From NCBI GenBank assembly GCA_002269645.1, contig NIVC01002735.1, positions 80,679 to 144,678 on the forward strand: a stretch of DNA of 64,000 nt. Reading direction: 5' to 3'. Origin of the DNA: Macrostomum lignano (taxonomy: Eukaryota). Every line of letters begins with the position of its first letter. The first letter of the stretch is position 1. A program made the position numbers and the translations under genes. The notes under the pieces were generated by a model. The model was not told where the DNA came from, did no database searches, and saw nothing but the letters and a program-made list of their open reading frames with translations. This document shows positions 36,282 to 48,790 of this stretch, one piece after another.

Positions 36282-38100
36282 GTGCAATAATCCCTTTCTA
36301 AGCTAGTGCAATAATCCCTTTATAAGCTAGTGCAATAATCCCTTTCTAAGCTAGTGCAATAATCCCTTTCTAAGCTAGTGCAATAATCCCATTCTAAGCT
36401 AGTGCAATAATCCCTTTCTAATCTAGTGCAATAATACCTTTCTAAGCTAGTGCAATAATCCCTTTCTAAGCTAGTGCAATAATCCCTTTCTAAGCTAGTG
36501 CAATAATCCCTTTCTAAGCTAGTGCAATAATCCCTTTCTAAGCTAGTGCAATAATCCCATTCTAAGCTAGTGCAATAATCCCTTTCTAATCTAGTGCAAT
36601 AATACCTTTCTAAGCTAGTGCAATAATCCCTTTCTAAGCTAGTGCAATAATCCCTTTCTAAGCTAGTGCAATAATCCCTTTCTAAGCTAGTGCAATAATC
36701 CCTTTCTAATCTAGTGCAATAATCCCTTTCTAAGCTAGTGCAATAATCCCTTTCTAAGCTAGTGCAATAATCCCTTTCTAAGCTAGTGCAATAATCCCTT
36801 TCTAAGCTAGTGCAATAATCCCTTTCTAAGCTAGTGCAATAATCCCTTTCTAAGCTAGTGCAATAATCCCTTTCTAAGCTAGTGCAATAATCCCTTTCTA
36901 AGCCAGTGCAATAATCAATGTCTCAGCAGGTGAAACAATCCATGTCTCAGCAAGTGCAACAATCCATGTCCCAGCCAGTGCAATAATCCATATCTCAGCC
37001 AGTGCAATAATCCATGTCTCAGCCAGCGCAATAATCCATATCTCAGCCAGTGCAATAATCCATATCTCAGCCAGTGCAATAATCCATGTCTCAGCCAGCG
37101 CAATAATCCATGTCTCAGCCAGCGCCATAATCCATGTCTCAGCCAGTGCAATAATCCATGTCTCAGCCAGCGCAATAATCCATGTCTCAGTCAGTGCAAT
37201 AATCCATGTCTCAGCCAGCGCAATAATCCATGTCTCAGCCAGTGCAATAATCCAAGTCTCAGCAAGTGCAACAATCCAAGTCTCAGCAAGTGCAACAACC
37301 CAAGTCTCAGCAAGTGCAATAATCCAACTCTCAGCAAGTGCAACAATCCATGTCTCAGCCAGTGCAACAATCCAAGTCTCAGCCAGTGCAACAATCCATG
37401 TCTCAGCCAGTGCAACAATCCATGTCTCAGCCAGTACAACAATCCATGTCTCAGCAAGTACAACAATCCAAGTCTCAGCCAGTGCAACAATCCAAGTCTC
37501 AGCAAGTGCAACAATCCATGTCTCAGCCAGTGCAACAATACAAGTCTCAGCAAGTGCAACAACCCAAGTCTCAGCAAGTGCAATAATCCAACTCTCAGCA
37601 AGTGCAACAATCCATGTCTCAGCCAGTGCAACAATCCAAGTCTCAGCCAGTGCAACAATCCAAGTCTCAGCCAGTGCAACAATACAACTCTCAGCAAGTG
37701 CAACAATCCATGTCTCAGCCAGTGCAACAATCCAAGTCTCAGCCAGTGCAATAATCAATGTCTCAGCAGGTGAAACAATCCATGTCTCAGCAAGTGCAAC
37801 AATCCAAGTCTCAGCAAGTGCAACAATCCATGTCTCAGCCAGTGCAACAATCCAAGTCTCAGCCAGTGCAACAATCCAAGTCTCAGCCAGTGCAATAATC
37901 AATGTCTCAGCAGGTGAAACAATCCATGTCTCAGCAAGTGCAACAATCCAAGTCTCAGCAAGTGCAACAATCCATGTCTCAGCAAGTGCAATAATCCATG
38001 TCCCAGCCAGTGCAATAATCCAAGTATCAGCCAGTGCAATATCCATGTCTCAGCCAGTGCAACAATCCAAGTCTCAGCCAGTGCAACAATCCAAGTCTCA
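36282..38100. repeat. Compound 24-bp minisatellite: AGCTAGTGCAATAATCCCTTTCTA (36282-36900), then AGCCAGTGCAAYAATCCAWGTCTC (36901-38100)
   Basis: 24-nt period in both halves with a shared AGTGCAA-AATCC core. Confidence 0.96.
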
Positions 38101-38994
38101 GCTAGTGACTGGCTGAGACATGGATGCCAGGCCGAATCTGTGCGTCCCGTCGCCTCCCGCAGTTAAATTTACTCAGTGAGTCATGTGGCAAAGTGCCACT
38201 GAACTGATCTGAGGTTGCTTGGGGGTGTAGGGTTGCGTGGGCACGTTGATTATTGCTTAAGTATATGCACCTCATTGATTCCTAGTCCTTGCGTGTACGT
38301 GTATCGTGTACTAATGTACGTCGTGCCTATTAAATATATATGCGCGTGTGCTAACTAGCAGTCGCTCAAGTTTTCTCGAGAAGTTCTAACTTACTTAACC
38401 AGTGGAGTCCGCGTGAGCTATTACAAGTCCCAACGCCTGACAGCATCTACAACATTACTCGTATAATATCTAGATCGGACTGTGGAGTGGGGACAGTAAC
38501 GACCACAGTAACAGAATTGCCGGTTGTGCACGCGGACATGTTTTTATGTACATGTACAATCTTTTTTTGCACATACATTTTTCATTTTCACTAGCCGGAG
38601 ACAAAGAATATTGAGTTACTGTGGGCGCTACTTTATAATGCAATCATTATTCAATTCCAGTCAGAATGGCTCTCAAGAACCAATATGGTTACGCAATGTA
38701 AATCAAATTGCAATGTAAATCAAACTAACAAGTTCCCTTGACCTTTGCGAAAAAGCATGTTTTTCAGATATTTAATCCCTTTAGAATTGAGCAATTTCTT
38801 AGCCAAAGCACATGCAGCATCAGGAAAAAATTCTGATTGAATGGTGCAAGTTTGAAGAAAATCGGTTGAGCCGTTTTTTCTGAAATCGATCGCATGCGCA
38901 CCGACAAACCGTTTTAGTATTTTGAACTAGCCATTTAGCCCCCTCTGGGGAGCACAAGCAGAATTTCAGTACTTAGGAGATTGGATCATGATAG

Positions 38995-39245
38995 GGGTCA
39001 TGGGGGTCATGGGAATCATGGTGGTAATGGGAGTCATGGAAGTCATGGAGGTCATGGGGGTCATGGGGGTCATGTGGGTCATGGGAGTCATGGGGGTCAT
39101 GGGGGTCATGGGGGTCATGGGAGTCATGGGAGTCATGGGGGTCATGGGGGTCATGGGAGTCATGGGAGTCATGGGGTCATGGGAGTCATGGGAGTCATGG
39201 GGGTCATGGGAGTCATGGGGTCATGGGAGTCATGGGAGTCATGGG
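38995..39245. repeat. 9-bp minisatellite (GGGRGTCAT)n
   Basis: MTP/GVM periodic translation. Confidence 0.95.
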
Positions 39246-39684
39246 GGCCATGATAAGATGGAAGATAAGGAAGCCCTGCTTCTGCCGGTGCTGCACCCAT
39301 CCGTAACAGACCCCAGCCCACCGATAAGCACATAAGCATAAGCACCACCGATGGCAGTAGATGAGTCTTTGTACTCTCCGTTCGGGTGGGCGCAGTGACA
39401 GTTCTTGAACCACCAGCCACCTTTAAACACTTTTGCACAGTTGCCAGAGATAATGTCATGATCGGCGTCCTTCGTGCTGAACTGCATGCCGTTGCTCTGG
39501 GGGAGGCAGTCGCCGATGCCGGCGCTGCCGGAGAAGCCGGACACGCTCAGCCGGTAGTTGTCGGACTCAGGACCCACGGAGAAGCTGGAGTACTCAGCCC
39601 ACTGCTCAGAGTCGTTCCACGCCTTCATCAGGATCCTCAGCTTCCGAGGACCAGAAGCAGTGAGAGCGTGAAGAGAGTTCAGGC
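39239..39684 (-). CDS. Fibrinogen-related domain (FReD/FBG) exon; 3' end uncertain
   Basis: Acceptor CTTCCCAG|GC gives GLNSLHALTASGPRKLRILM...AEYSSFSVGPESDNYRLSVSGFSG...NGMQFSTKDADHD...NCAKVFKGGWWFKNCHCAHPNGEY, the classic FBG motifs. Confidence 0.85.
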
Positions 39685-40759
39685 CTGGGAAGATGCGAGC
39701 AAGCTCTAGCTATTGACATCACACTTTCTACACCATCTCGCGTATGATTGGCTGCCCCCTCCCAGGTTGAATTGTGGTCGACCGTTCTGTTATTTAGTCA
39801 GTTCGATTGGCTGCTCCCTTTTTGGCTGCCAAAGTGCCAGTTTTGTAGCCCTGTTCTTTCTCCCTCAGGCCCCGGCCTGGCAAGTCTATTTATTGAGACC
39901 CTTTGCAAGCCGCCTTCTAAAAATGTTCGAAGCGCTTCGGACTGCTCTCTTGGCGCTTGGGATTGGAGCCAGCCAGAGACAATCGGGAATTACTCGAGCA
40001 TTCTGGTCTTCGGACTACTTAGTGTTGTTTATGCTTAAGTTAAGTAGAACGTGTCTGGTGGCAGCCTTCTCTGCATCGTTCGCGAGTGCAATAATCCACT
40101 TCTCAGATTTATTTTATACTTTGAGCTGGCATTTACACACAAATTTCACGCCAGGAAAAATTTACTTCCAGACATTCACGAGACCCATGCGAAGTTCTAT
40201 GAATACAAACAGAAAAAAAAATTTCTTTGAGCATACATAAAAAATTCCAAGCCTTTTCTAGCGGGTGCATACGCTGACACCAAAGCTCAGCAGAGAATGT
40301 CTGCCGTGTCCTACAGTGACCCACGCCAACACCAAAGGCAGCTGTGAGTGCACCAAATGACACTCAAAATGACACTTACTCAAAATTCAAAGGCGCCTTC
40401 TGATGCGCGCTGTGTAATTTAGGGCTTCTTCTAGCAAAACAGCCGGAATGACTTATTTATCTCGCAAAAGAGGCTAGTTGAACTGGGCTTTCGCTGCGAT
40501 TCAGATGATTCGGATAGATATAACCAATAAATTGGATTGGATTGGGCCAATAACGCAGACGCAAGAAGCGATTGCGTATATAGGAAAGAGGTCCCGGCCG
40601 GTGGGCACATAAACATACGAGCGTAACTAGCCGTGATTAAGAAAGCAGCCAAACCTCCGCCCAGCCTAGGCCTGTCTGGCAGGCAGACAAACCCCAACCA
40701 ATCAGATCGAGAGAACTCTAACAGGGGTGCAAGCGAGGTACACAAACCCGGTTGTCAGA

Positions 40760-41170
40760 GTGCCATCGTTTAGCAACCAGGACCTGCGGGCCCAGACGCC
40801 GGATGATCTGTTAAGTTTCGCCGAGCCTTGTCGCCAGCTTGTGAGAGCCGTCTGTGGCCTGCGGACGCGCACGGAGTCACCAGACTGCAGTCGCGAGTAT
40901 TGGGCTCCTCGGCGCCTTACAGCGACTCCTTCAGGATCCGGTTGAGGCGTCTGACGCTCGAGTTTGACTACCATCACATCACATGCTGCACGCCGTAGTA
41001 GCTAAATAGAACTCCCTCGACGGCGTAGCTGGTGAACTGAGCTAGGCTCGTTGTCGGTCCCGATCGCGCCTGGCAGTCCCCATCCAGCGAACAGGTCCTT
41101 GAAGAAATCGGCGCTGACCTTAGCCGTCACCGAAGCCGCAGCCCTCGGGCCACTTGAGATGCAAGTGCTT
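40760..41170 (-). mobile_element. Decayed Ty3/Gypsy integrase fragment (multiple frameshifts, internal deletion)
   Basis: Across frames: LKWPE / SVTAKVSADFFKDLFAGWGLPGAIGTDN / QFTS / YYGVQHV (rve core), then LQSGDSVRVRRP..W..G..RSW (C-terminal SH3-like segment). Confidence 0.65.
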
Positions 41171-42759
41171 GAATTTACGCAGGGGCTTTCGGGGGCCGCG
41201 TCTCATCTGCCTTTCTGCACTGTGTACGTATTACGCCACTAAATTTTTACACCTGTTTCACGTACATATATCCATACCTGATCTTTTTCTTCATCATTGG
41301 GTTTAGGCTTTTGTATAGAAAGGACCACTGTATATACAGTATATACAATATCTACGGCCAGCCTAGTATACTATATACTGTATACACTACAGTTGTCCTT
41401 GTAATGTTAAGCTAAAGGGTCTTGATAGCCATATAGCTTAGGGAAAAAGTTTGCTATTACGATTTTAACACATTGTTCTTAGAGCTTGTTAGTGTCTTAT
41501 TCGTATAAATTATTCTTCTTAGCCCAAATGCTCCGACCTAAATCGTCTGAACAATTTTTGCCTTTAATTGCCATCTGAGTTCCCTTTAAATTGACAAGAA
41601 GTGAAAAAATACCGAAAACATTGCATAAAAACTAACAAAGCTATAAAGCAGAAATTCACAAAATTGTGTACCTTGTTAAAAAGTGCCTCAATAGTTTATT
41701 TTTAATTATTCAAGCCAAATTCTTCTCTTATTTTGAAAACTTTATTATTCTCTTGTGTAGCCAATTGCTATAGACTTTAAATCATAATATATATGAGATG
41801 AATTTGCTTATTTGGGTTAACATTTTTGTTGTTGTTGTGGCTCTTCTTCTTTACTCCAACTCTCCTCATAAACATCGCGATCGACAAGCTCGGGCAGGCT
41901 GCAACTGTCGGAGTCTCTTCTCGCATTTGAAGCATTCAATATCAAAGGAAATAACTTATTTTTGTTATTTCCTCAAAAGCATGGAAATTAACATTAACAA
42001 CATAAATCAACTCAAATGTATACTGATCTACTAGGTAGCAAGTAACGTAAGTATTGCCTTTTAACTGAGGACTTCCATGCCTTACCGTTCCCGAGCGCAA
42101 CACAACACAACACCTTCATGTACCAGTGACTAAATCGCTTACTTTAGATTTGATCCTGCAACACCAGCAGTGAAATGAAATAAATTTTGTCATCCTAGAC
42201 TGCAACTGACAGCTAGCGTCGCGTCTTGCCTCCCACTCCCACTCGCGAGTCGCCTCTTGCATGAATATGGTCTATAAAAAATTCATCTAGAAAAAGCAGT
42301 GCAAATCGAGCGATCAAAAGTTATGCTCATTAGAATATCACATTTAGTTTAGAGTCTACAAAATTCAGCAAATAGCCTTAATAAAGCCAAGTAATGGTTA
42401 GTAACCTGATTCTAAACTATAGTATTGGTTATACTGATTGATAGCACCATAAAATATAGGCGTTAGGCCTACCTAATCTCATCCAACTATAAAATAATAA
42501 TCAGTGCTAAAGTTTTTAGACAAACAATAAACCATTTTTATTACTATCTATTAGAGGCTGGGGGGTTGTGTGCACCATGGTGCACTTTAAGCGACATAGG
42601 CACACAACTGGTGAGAGGCATTACTGCCCATTCCGCCGACTCCCCTGAGTAGGCATACAAGTGTGCGGATATATACACAGGCACACACTCACACAGGAGT
42701 ATACAGCGGCCCTAACTTTATTTTATTGTTAGGTATGTACACTTCATTGTGCCTTGGGA

Positions 42760-42905
42760 GGTTGGCTCTCAATGCCATTAATTGCATGAGCAGAGCCAAG
42801 CTGAGATTCCGATTCAGCCCCAAATTAATGTGACTGCACTTGGAATCGAGCCTAGGTTACTAGCACCCCAGAGCCTGCGCTAGACTACTGGGCTACAGCC
42901 TCCCT
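42760..42905 (-). mobile_element. tRNA-derived SINE head
   Basis: Minus strand has A-box-like TAGCCCAGTAG and B-box-like GGCTCGATTCC at tRNA spacing. Confidence 0.45.
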
Positions 42906-43552
42906 AACAATAGGCCTAAACCATATTTTAGCATCTTTAACTAGGCCTAAAATTTTTACTTTTTTAAGTCTAATTTAAAAATAGCTAGGCCCCTATCAAT
43001 AAAAATGAATTAGGCCCCTATTGCTACAAGCCATACTTTAGGTTTTCATGGTATTTTTTAAGTAAATAAAAATAGTGCTAGGGCCTATATAATTAGCCAT
43101 GCAAAATTTCTTTAATTATATTGTTAAAACTCATTAAGACATATTCTAGTCTTTAACATTTTTATTAAATAATATATATACATTCAACTAATATGCAACT
43201 TATAGACCTAATGTATAATTCCAATATCTTGTCTTCGTTATACTTTTTGCTATGAATTTTCTATTGACCTTATAGCATTTTAGTTATTTTGATCAACTAT
43301 ATCTAAAGTTAGCTATGAGATAAAATATAAAATATATATGAATACATTTAGGCCTATGTATAACAGGAATAATAAACCAAAAGAATATTTTGTATATCCA
43401 AATTTTTCAGTGGTATTGGCCTTATTCAAAATTAATATTTTTAGGGGATATTTTTTACTATTATTTATCTCATTGCTTACTGTGCCAATTGGAAAAATTC
43501 TTTCATAGAAATGTAGAGGAAATAAGGTAGGGTATAGGGTAGATCATTAAAA

Positions 43553-43767
43553 TAGTGGTTCTCAACCTTTTTTTAGGTGACCATAATTTATTCACTTGCA
43601 TTGTTTTTTAATGTTTGCAACCCCCTTTATAAATCAATATAATGCTTTATATTGATATAATTTCATCATTAAATATGACATACTCATACATTTCTTAGTG
43701 CTGCAACCCCTAGAAAATGGTGATGCAACCCCACTAGGGGTCACAACCCGCAGGTTGAAAACTGCTG
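43553..43767. mobile_element. Non-autonomous hAT (Charlie-like) MITE, 215 bp
   Basis: Imperfect TIRs TAGTGGTTCTCAACCT / AGGTTGAAAACTGCTG and a perfect 8-bp TSD CATTAAAA at 43545-43552 and 43768-43775. Confidence 0.85.
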
Positions 43768-44692
43768 CATTAAAACAACAATTCAAATGTTTAAAACAAA
43801 AAGGGTAGGCCTACCTTTTCAAACAAATATTATTAGTTTGAACAAAAATATTTTATCAGTTAAAACAACAATTTATATTTATCTTTGTAATAGCAATAAT
43901 TCATAAAGTGCCTACTTCAGTATTGACAACAAAATTAAAAATTAAAGCTTTAAAAGTATTTTAAATAATTTGCCTTTTAATTATAAAATTGCATGTATAT
44001 TTGTATGTTTAGTATTTCTCTTATTAATTCTATGTCTATAATTCTATATTTCTATAATAGATTTCTCTATATTATCTAAACCTATTAGAATCACTAAGTA
44101 TATCAATGAAATTAGTCTATGTATACTTTAAGACTTATTTCATAAGTGCTAATATTGTGTAAACAAAGATAATGTTGCATTATCTAGCCTTAGCATATTT
44201 GATATCAACTTTAAAGTCTATTTTTGCTATCAGATCATATTTGTTTATTTTAAATTAATAAATATATTTACTTTGTAGTGTCAAAATGATTTTGTATATA
44301 CACAAATTTCTCCTAAAGTATAATATTTTATTGCTGATCAACAATAGATTTATAAAAGTTTGTTTATTATTTGAAAGAAAAAAATAATGCTTATTAATTC
44401 TATGACCTTTTTTGGTTGTTTGTGATTTTGTCACTAAAGCACTAAACCAGTTCTCGAATTGTGCCAATTTGATGATTTATAGTTTACAAACTGGCAAATA
44501 TTCAATGTAGTTGCATATCTCGTTTGAAAATGATTTCAAGACAGACCTATACTTAGGCAATTAGGTAGTCTTGGCAATGTTAAATTAGCCTATAGTGGCT
44601 GCACAACACTCCAGCGCGACACTATTGAGCAGCTTGAGTTGCAGCAGCAGCAGCGGCAGCCGGAACTCCCCAGCCCAGGCCAGCAGGCTGAC

Positions 44693-47303
44693 ATGACCAG
44701 CAGCGAGAGCGGCCTTGGCGGCCTGGGAGTCTGGCGCCGGTGGAGCATCGGCCTTGTCCCGGACTACCAGCAGTCCTTGGCCAGCCTCTGCTCCGCTGTC
44801 CGGCAGCGGGCCGCCGCGCTGCTCCTGCTGCCCGCTTGGACTGGCGCGCCTTCGGCCGGCCAGGCCTCGCTGTCCGAGTCGCCTTTTCTAGACGGCGAGA
44901 TCGTCTACTCGCACAACAACGTCTGTGTGCACATCGAGCAGCCGTCCGGCTCGGACACGGCGCACCACCTGGGCTACCTGTGCATCGTCAGCCGCGTGCG
45001 GCCGGCCGGCCACACCGAGTTCCTGCTCAAATGGACGCCCAACGTCAAGCTGTCCAGGCAGATGAGCGCCGAGTCCACCGCCTCCGTGGCGACCGCCTCC
45101 GACGCCTCGGACGCCACCGTCCGGTCGGCGCCGCCGCGGATCCCCGGCTCGGCCGCGCCGCCCGGCGTCTTCCTGTGCAACCTGATGCACTCCGGCTGCG
45201 TGCTGGTCTGCCCCGGTCACGTGATCGTGCGCAGCCCCGAGTCCCAGCTGAAGATCTTCCACTTCCACAGCGGAAGCGGCGGCGGCGGCGGCACGGAGGC
45301 CATCGAGCGCCTGCTGGCCGGACAGCCCGGCTCGTTCCGCTGCCGCCGCCGGCCGCGCTCGCCCTACGCCGAGTTTCACGCCCTCCGCCAGCAGCAACAG
45401 CGGCAGCCGCGGCACTTGCGGATTCTGGAGCAGCCGCTTCATTCTATTCGGGCGGCGAACGACGCTGCGGCGGTGACACCTCGAGAGATTCGCCAGCAGC
45501 GGCAGGAGGCCGGCGGCAACGGGGACGCCGAGAGCGTCGGCAGGCCGACCCGGCTGAACTCGGCGAGCTTTGAAGACCTGGTGAGCATCGAAGGCTTCGT
45601 TGAGGACCCGACCCAGTTCAAGCGGACGGTGTACCTGTCGGGCGTCGACTCCAGCGTTCGCAGGCAGGTCTGGCCGCTGCTGATCGGCCTGTACCCGTTT
45701 GAGAGCTCAACGGAGCAGCGCTACCAGGTTTACTTGGAGGCCGAGGCCGAGCTGGGCCGCCTGAGACACTCCAGGCACTGCGCGCAGGCGCTGCTGTCTT
45801 CGCCGACAGCGTCCGGGTCCGCAGCGGCCGCCTCCGTGCTGACCGAAGCTGCTGAGGTCGACTTGAGCGGCCTGCCCGAGCAGCTTCGACTGCGGGAGCT
45901 GCTGCTGGACTTCGCCCACGCCTGCGGGACCTTTGATGAGGCCGCGCCCAGCCTGCTGAGCACCCTGCTGCAGGTGAGGGGATTGACTGGCTAGGATCTA
46001 GGACTAGGATCTAACCGGTATCATCTAGGATCTAACCTGTATCATCTAGGATCTAACCGGTATCAACTAGGATCTAACCTGTATCAATTAGGATCTAACC
46101 GGTATCAACTAGGATCTAACCGGTATCATCTAGGATCTAACCGGTATCAACTAGGATCTAACCGGTATCATCTAGGATCTAACCGGTATCATCTAGGATC
46201 TAACCGGTATCATCTAGGATCTAACCGGTATCAACTAGGATCGAACAGGTAACCTACAACCCAGGAAACGCTCCCTTTCGCAGGTTCTGGACGACGACGT
46301 GGAAGCCTTCTGCTGCCTCCGCCTGCTGGTCTCTGACGGCTTCCTGCTGCGCTCTGAGCAGCAGCTTGACTCGGACCTGGCCTGCCTCAGCGAGCTGCTC
46401 CGCCTGCTCAAGCCGGAATTCCAGGCCGTCTACGACCGGCCCGCGGATCTCGGCTTCGCCAGGCGCTGGCTGACCGCCTGCTTCCTCTGGGAGTTCCCGC
46501 TGGACGAGGCGCTGGCCGTGTGGGAGGCCTGCTTCTGCAGGTGGGTGACTCTGGTGCCGTTTTTAGTAGTTTTTTGCAGATTATTGACTGCCAGTGACAA
46601 TTGACTGTCAGTGAAAATTGACTGCCAGTGACAATTGACTGTCAGTGAAAATTGACTGCCAGTGACAATTGACGGTCAGTGACAATTGACTCTCAGTGAC
46701 AATTGACTGTCAGTGACAATTGTCTGCCAGTGACAATTGTCTGCCAGTGACAATTGACTGTCAGTGACAATTGACTGTCAGTGACAATTGACTGTCAGTG
46801 ACAATTGTCTGTCAGTGACAATTGACTGTCAGTGACAATTCCTGACATTGCTGCCAGTGACAATTGACTGTCAGTGACAATTGACGCCAGTGACAATTGA
46901 CTTTCAGTGACAATTGACTGTTAGTGACAATTGACTGTCAGTGACAATTCCTGACATTGCTGCCAGTCAATCCCTGCTGAACTCGCACTGCAGGTACGCC
47001 ACTGCCAGCTTCCAGCTGTTCCTCTGCGCCGCTCTGATCGACCTGTACGGCGACTTTTGCCTGGAGAAGCGGCTGCCGGCCACCGAGGCCGCCGCCTACT
47101 TCGCCCAGCTGTCCGGCGGAGTCGACTCCGACCAGCTGCTGCGCCGGGCGCGCCAACTTCTGCGCCAATTCCGGCGCCTACAGCGGGTGCCGTGCCGGTT
47201 GGCGCCGCTATGCCGTGGCGCGCCGCGCGGCATGTGGGACTCCTGCCCGGGCCCCGGGCTCGCCTGCCCGCCGGAGCCGCACGACTGCGGACTGCCGCAG
47301 TGA
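44693..47303 (+). CDS. TBC1D16: TBC1D16-like Rab-GAP-family protein; exons 44693-45973, 46284-46540, 46994-47303
   Basis: DGEIVYSHNNVCVH..HHLGYLCI, SPESQLKIFHFHSG and GVDSSVRRQVWPLLIGLY match TBC1D16 motifs. Splice phases 0/0 and 2/2 are consistent (CAG|GTGAGG..TCGCAG|GTT; AG|GTGGGT..CTGCAG|G). Confidence 0.88.
45991..46240. repeat. 21-bp minisatellite (CTAGGATCTAACCGGTATCAW)n filling TBC intron 1
   Basis: 21-nt period seen directly. Confidence 0.93.
46585..46960. repeat. 17-bp minisatellite (GTCAGTGACAATTGACT)n filling TBC intron 2
   Basis: 17-nt period (CAATTG at 46751 and 46768). Confidence 0.93.
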
Positions 47304-47489
47304 GTCGCCGCGCCGCGCTCGAGCGGCGCCTTGAAGTGTCGGTCTGGGTCGCCATAGCAACAACTTGCTGACCTTGACAATGATTTTTTACCAAGGAAAC
47401 GAGTTTGTAATTTTAGCAACAGGTTGTCTACTTTTGCAATGTGTTGCCTAGCATAGCATGCTTGTCAAAACTTTGAAAACACGTTGTTT

Positions 47490-47735
47490 ACTATAGCAAC
47501 GGGTTGTTCACCTTAGCAACGGATTGATTACCTTAGTAATGGGTTGATGAGTTGACCTTAGCAACTGGTTAAATTACCTTAGCAACTGGTTGATTACCTT
47601 AGCAACGGGTTGATTACATTAGCAACTGGTTGATTATCTTAGCAATGGGTTGATTACCTTAGCAACTGGCTGATTACCTTAGCAACTGGTTGATTACCTT
47701 AGCAACGAGTTGATTACCTTAGCAACTGATTGATA
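47490..47735. repeat. Degenerate 20-bp array (TTGATTACCTTAGCAACTGG)n
   Basis: 20-nt period. Confidence 0.85.
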
Positions 47736-48566
47736 ACCTTTTTATCTTAGCAATGTCTTTCTTAACAAACGCATTTTACCTTAGCTTACCTGGACTATTT
47801 TATTATAGCTTGAAACAGCATTAAATTAGAGATGAGCGCCGTCACTAAGGTAAACAACAGCTGTTGCGATGTCTGCGTTTTTCTTTTTTAGCCATTTTTT
47901 ACAAAAGAATTCGAGACCTCTAGGTATTCAATACCTGTTAGCTGCGTGAGGACTTTATCAAATCCGCTAGCTTTTTTATTCCTGATAGTCACTAAAACAA
48001 AAACGGGTTTTTTTCCGTGAAGTTTGAATTCGAATTTTATAGTTAATTTTTTGTTGCTCTTGGCTGTTGTGTCCCGAATTAGTTGAATTTGTAATTCTGT
48101 CTCTTAGCTGTTCTTATCTCTGCATGGCTAGTTACATTTTTTTAAGATAAATCAAATTTTTATTAGGAATCAATTTTTTAGTAACAAAGACTGCCTGCTC
48201 CGTCTAGGCGGATGCGGGCTGTTCAGAGTCTGACTATTTTTTTGTTTTAATCAACTCGAACCTGCCCTGTCGCACAGCCGGCCCCCTTTTTTGGAGCCTT
48301 TTTTTGCCGCAAGCTTTTTTGTGTACTTCTAGTCTGGTCCATTTTAACTGTCCATTCAGATTTATTTAGCAAGGCATCAACTACATTGTTCGCTATTCTC
48401 TCGCGGCGGCTCTGACTGTGTGTCTCTGGTGCCAAAGCAGCTCCGCATCTTGCTTTTTTTCTGCTGCCGTTCTAGTGCGCTCGTGCCCCAACTTCTGGTA
48501 TCCCGGCATGCTGATCTTTGAGTAACTCCAACTCCCAGGAGACTGGCGTGTAGCGGCGGATTGTAA

Positions 48567-48790
48567 GCGGTGTCCCGCTGAAGGGTAAAGGGGGGTAGCG
48601 GTGTCCCGCTGAAGGGTAAAGGGGGGTAGCGGTGTCCCGCTGAAGGGTAAAGGGGGGTAGCGGTGTCCCGCTGAAGGGTGAAGAGGGGTAGCGGTGTCCC
48701 GCTGAAGGGTGAAGAGGGGTAGCGGTGTCCCGCTGAAGGGTGAAGAGGGGTAGCGGTGTTCCGCTTAAGAGTGGGGGGGGGGGTAGCGGT
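48567..48790. repeat. 31-bp G-rich array (GCGGTGTCCCGCTGAAGGGTAAAGGGGGGTA)n, about 7 units
   Basis: Units start at 48567, 48598, 48629, 48660 and 48691. Confidence 0.9.

Noticed and set aside
38720-38930. Helentron/HINE-like element (CCTTGACCTTT...CAAGTTTGAAGAAAATCGGTTGAGCCG)
   Set aside because: Only a motif-level resemblance from memory; I could not define termini or target site.
44740-45963. Alternative-frame and antisense ORFs over GC-rich exons (also over NFI, SKP1, CEP95, FBXL4)
   Set aside because: Expected shadow ORFs of high-GC coding DNA; low-complexity Arg/Ala/Pro content.
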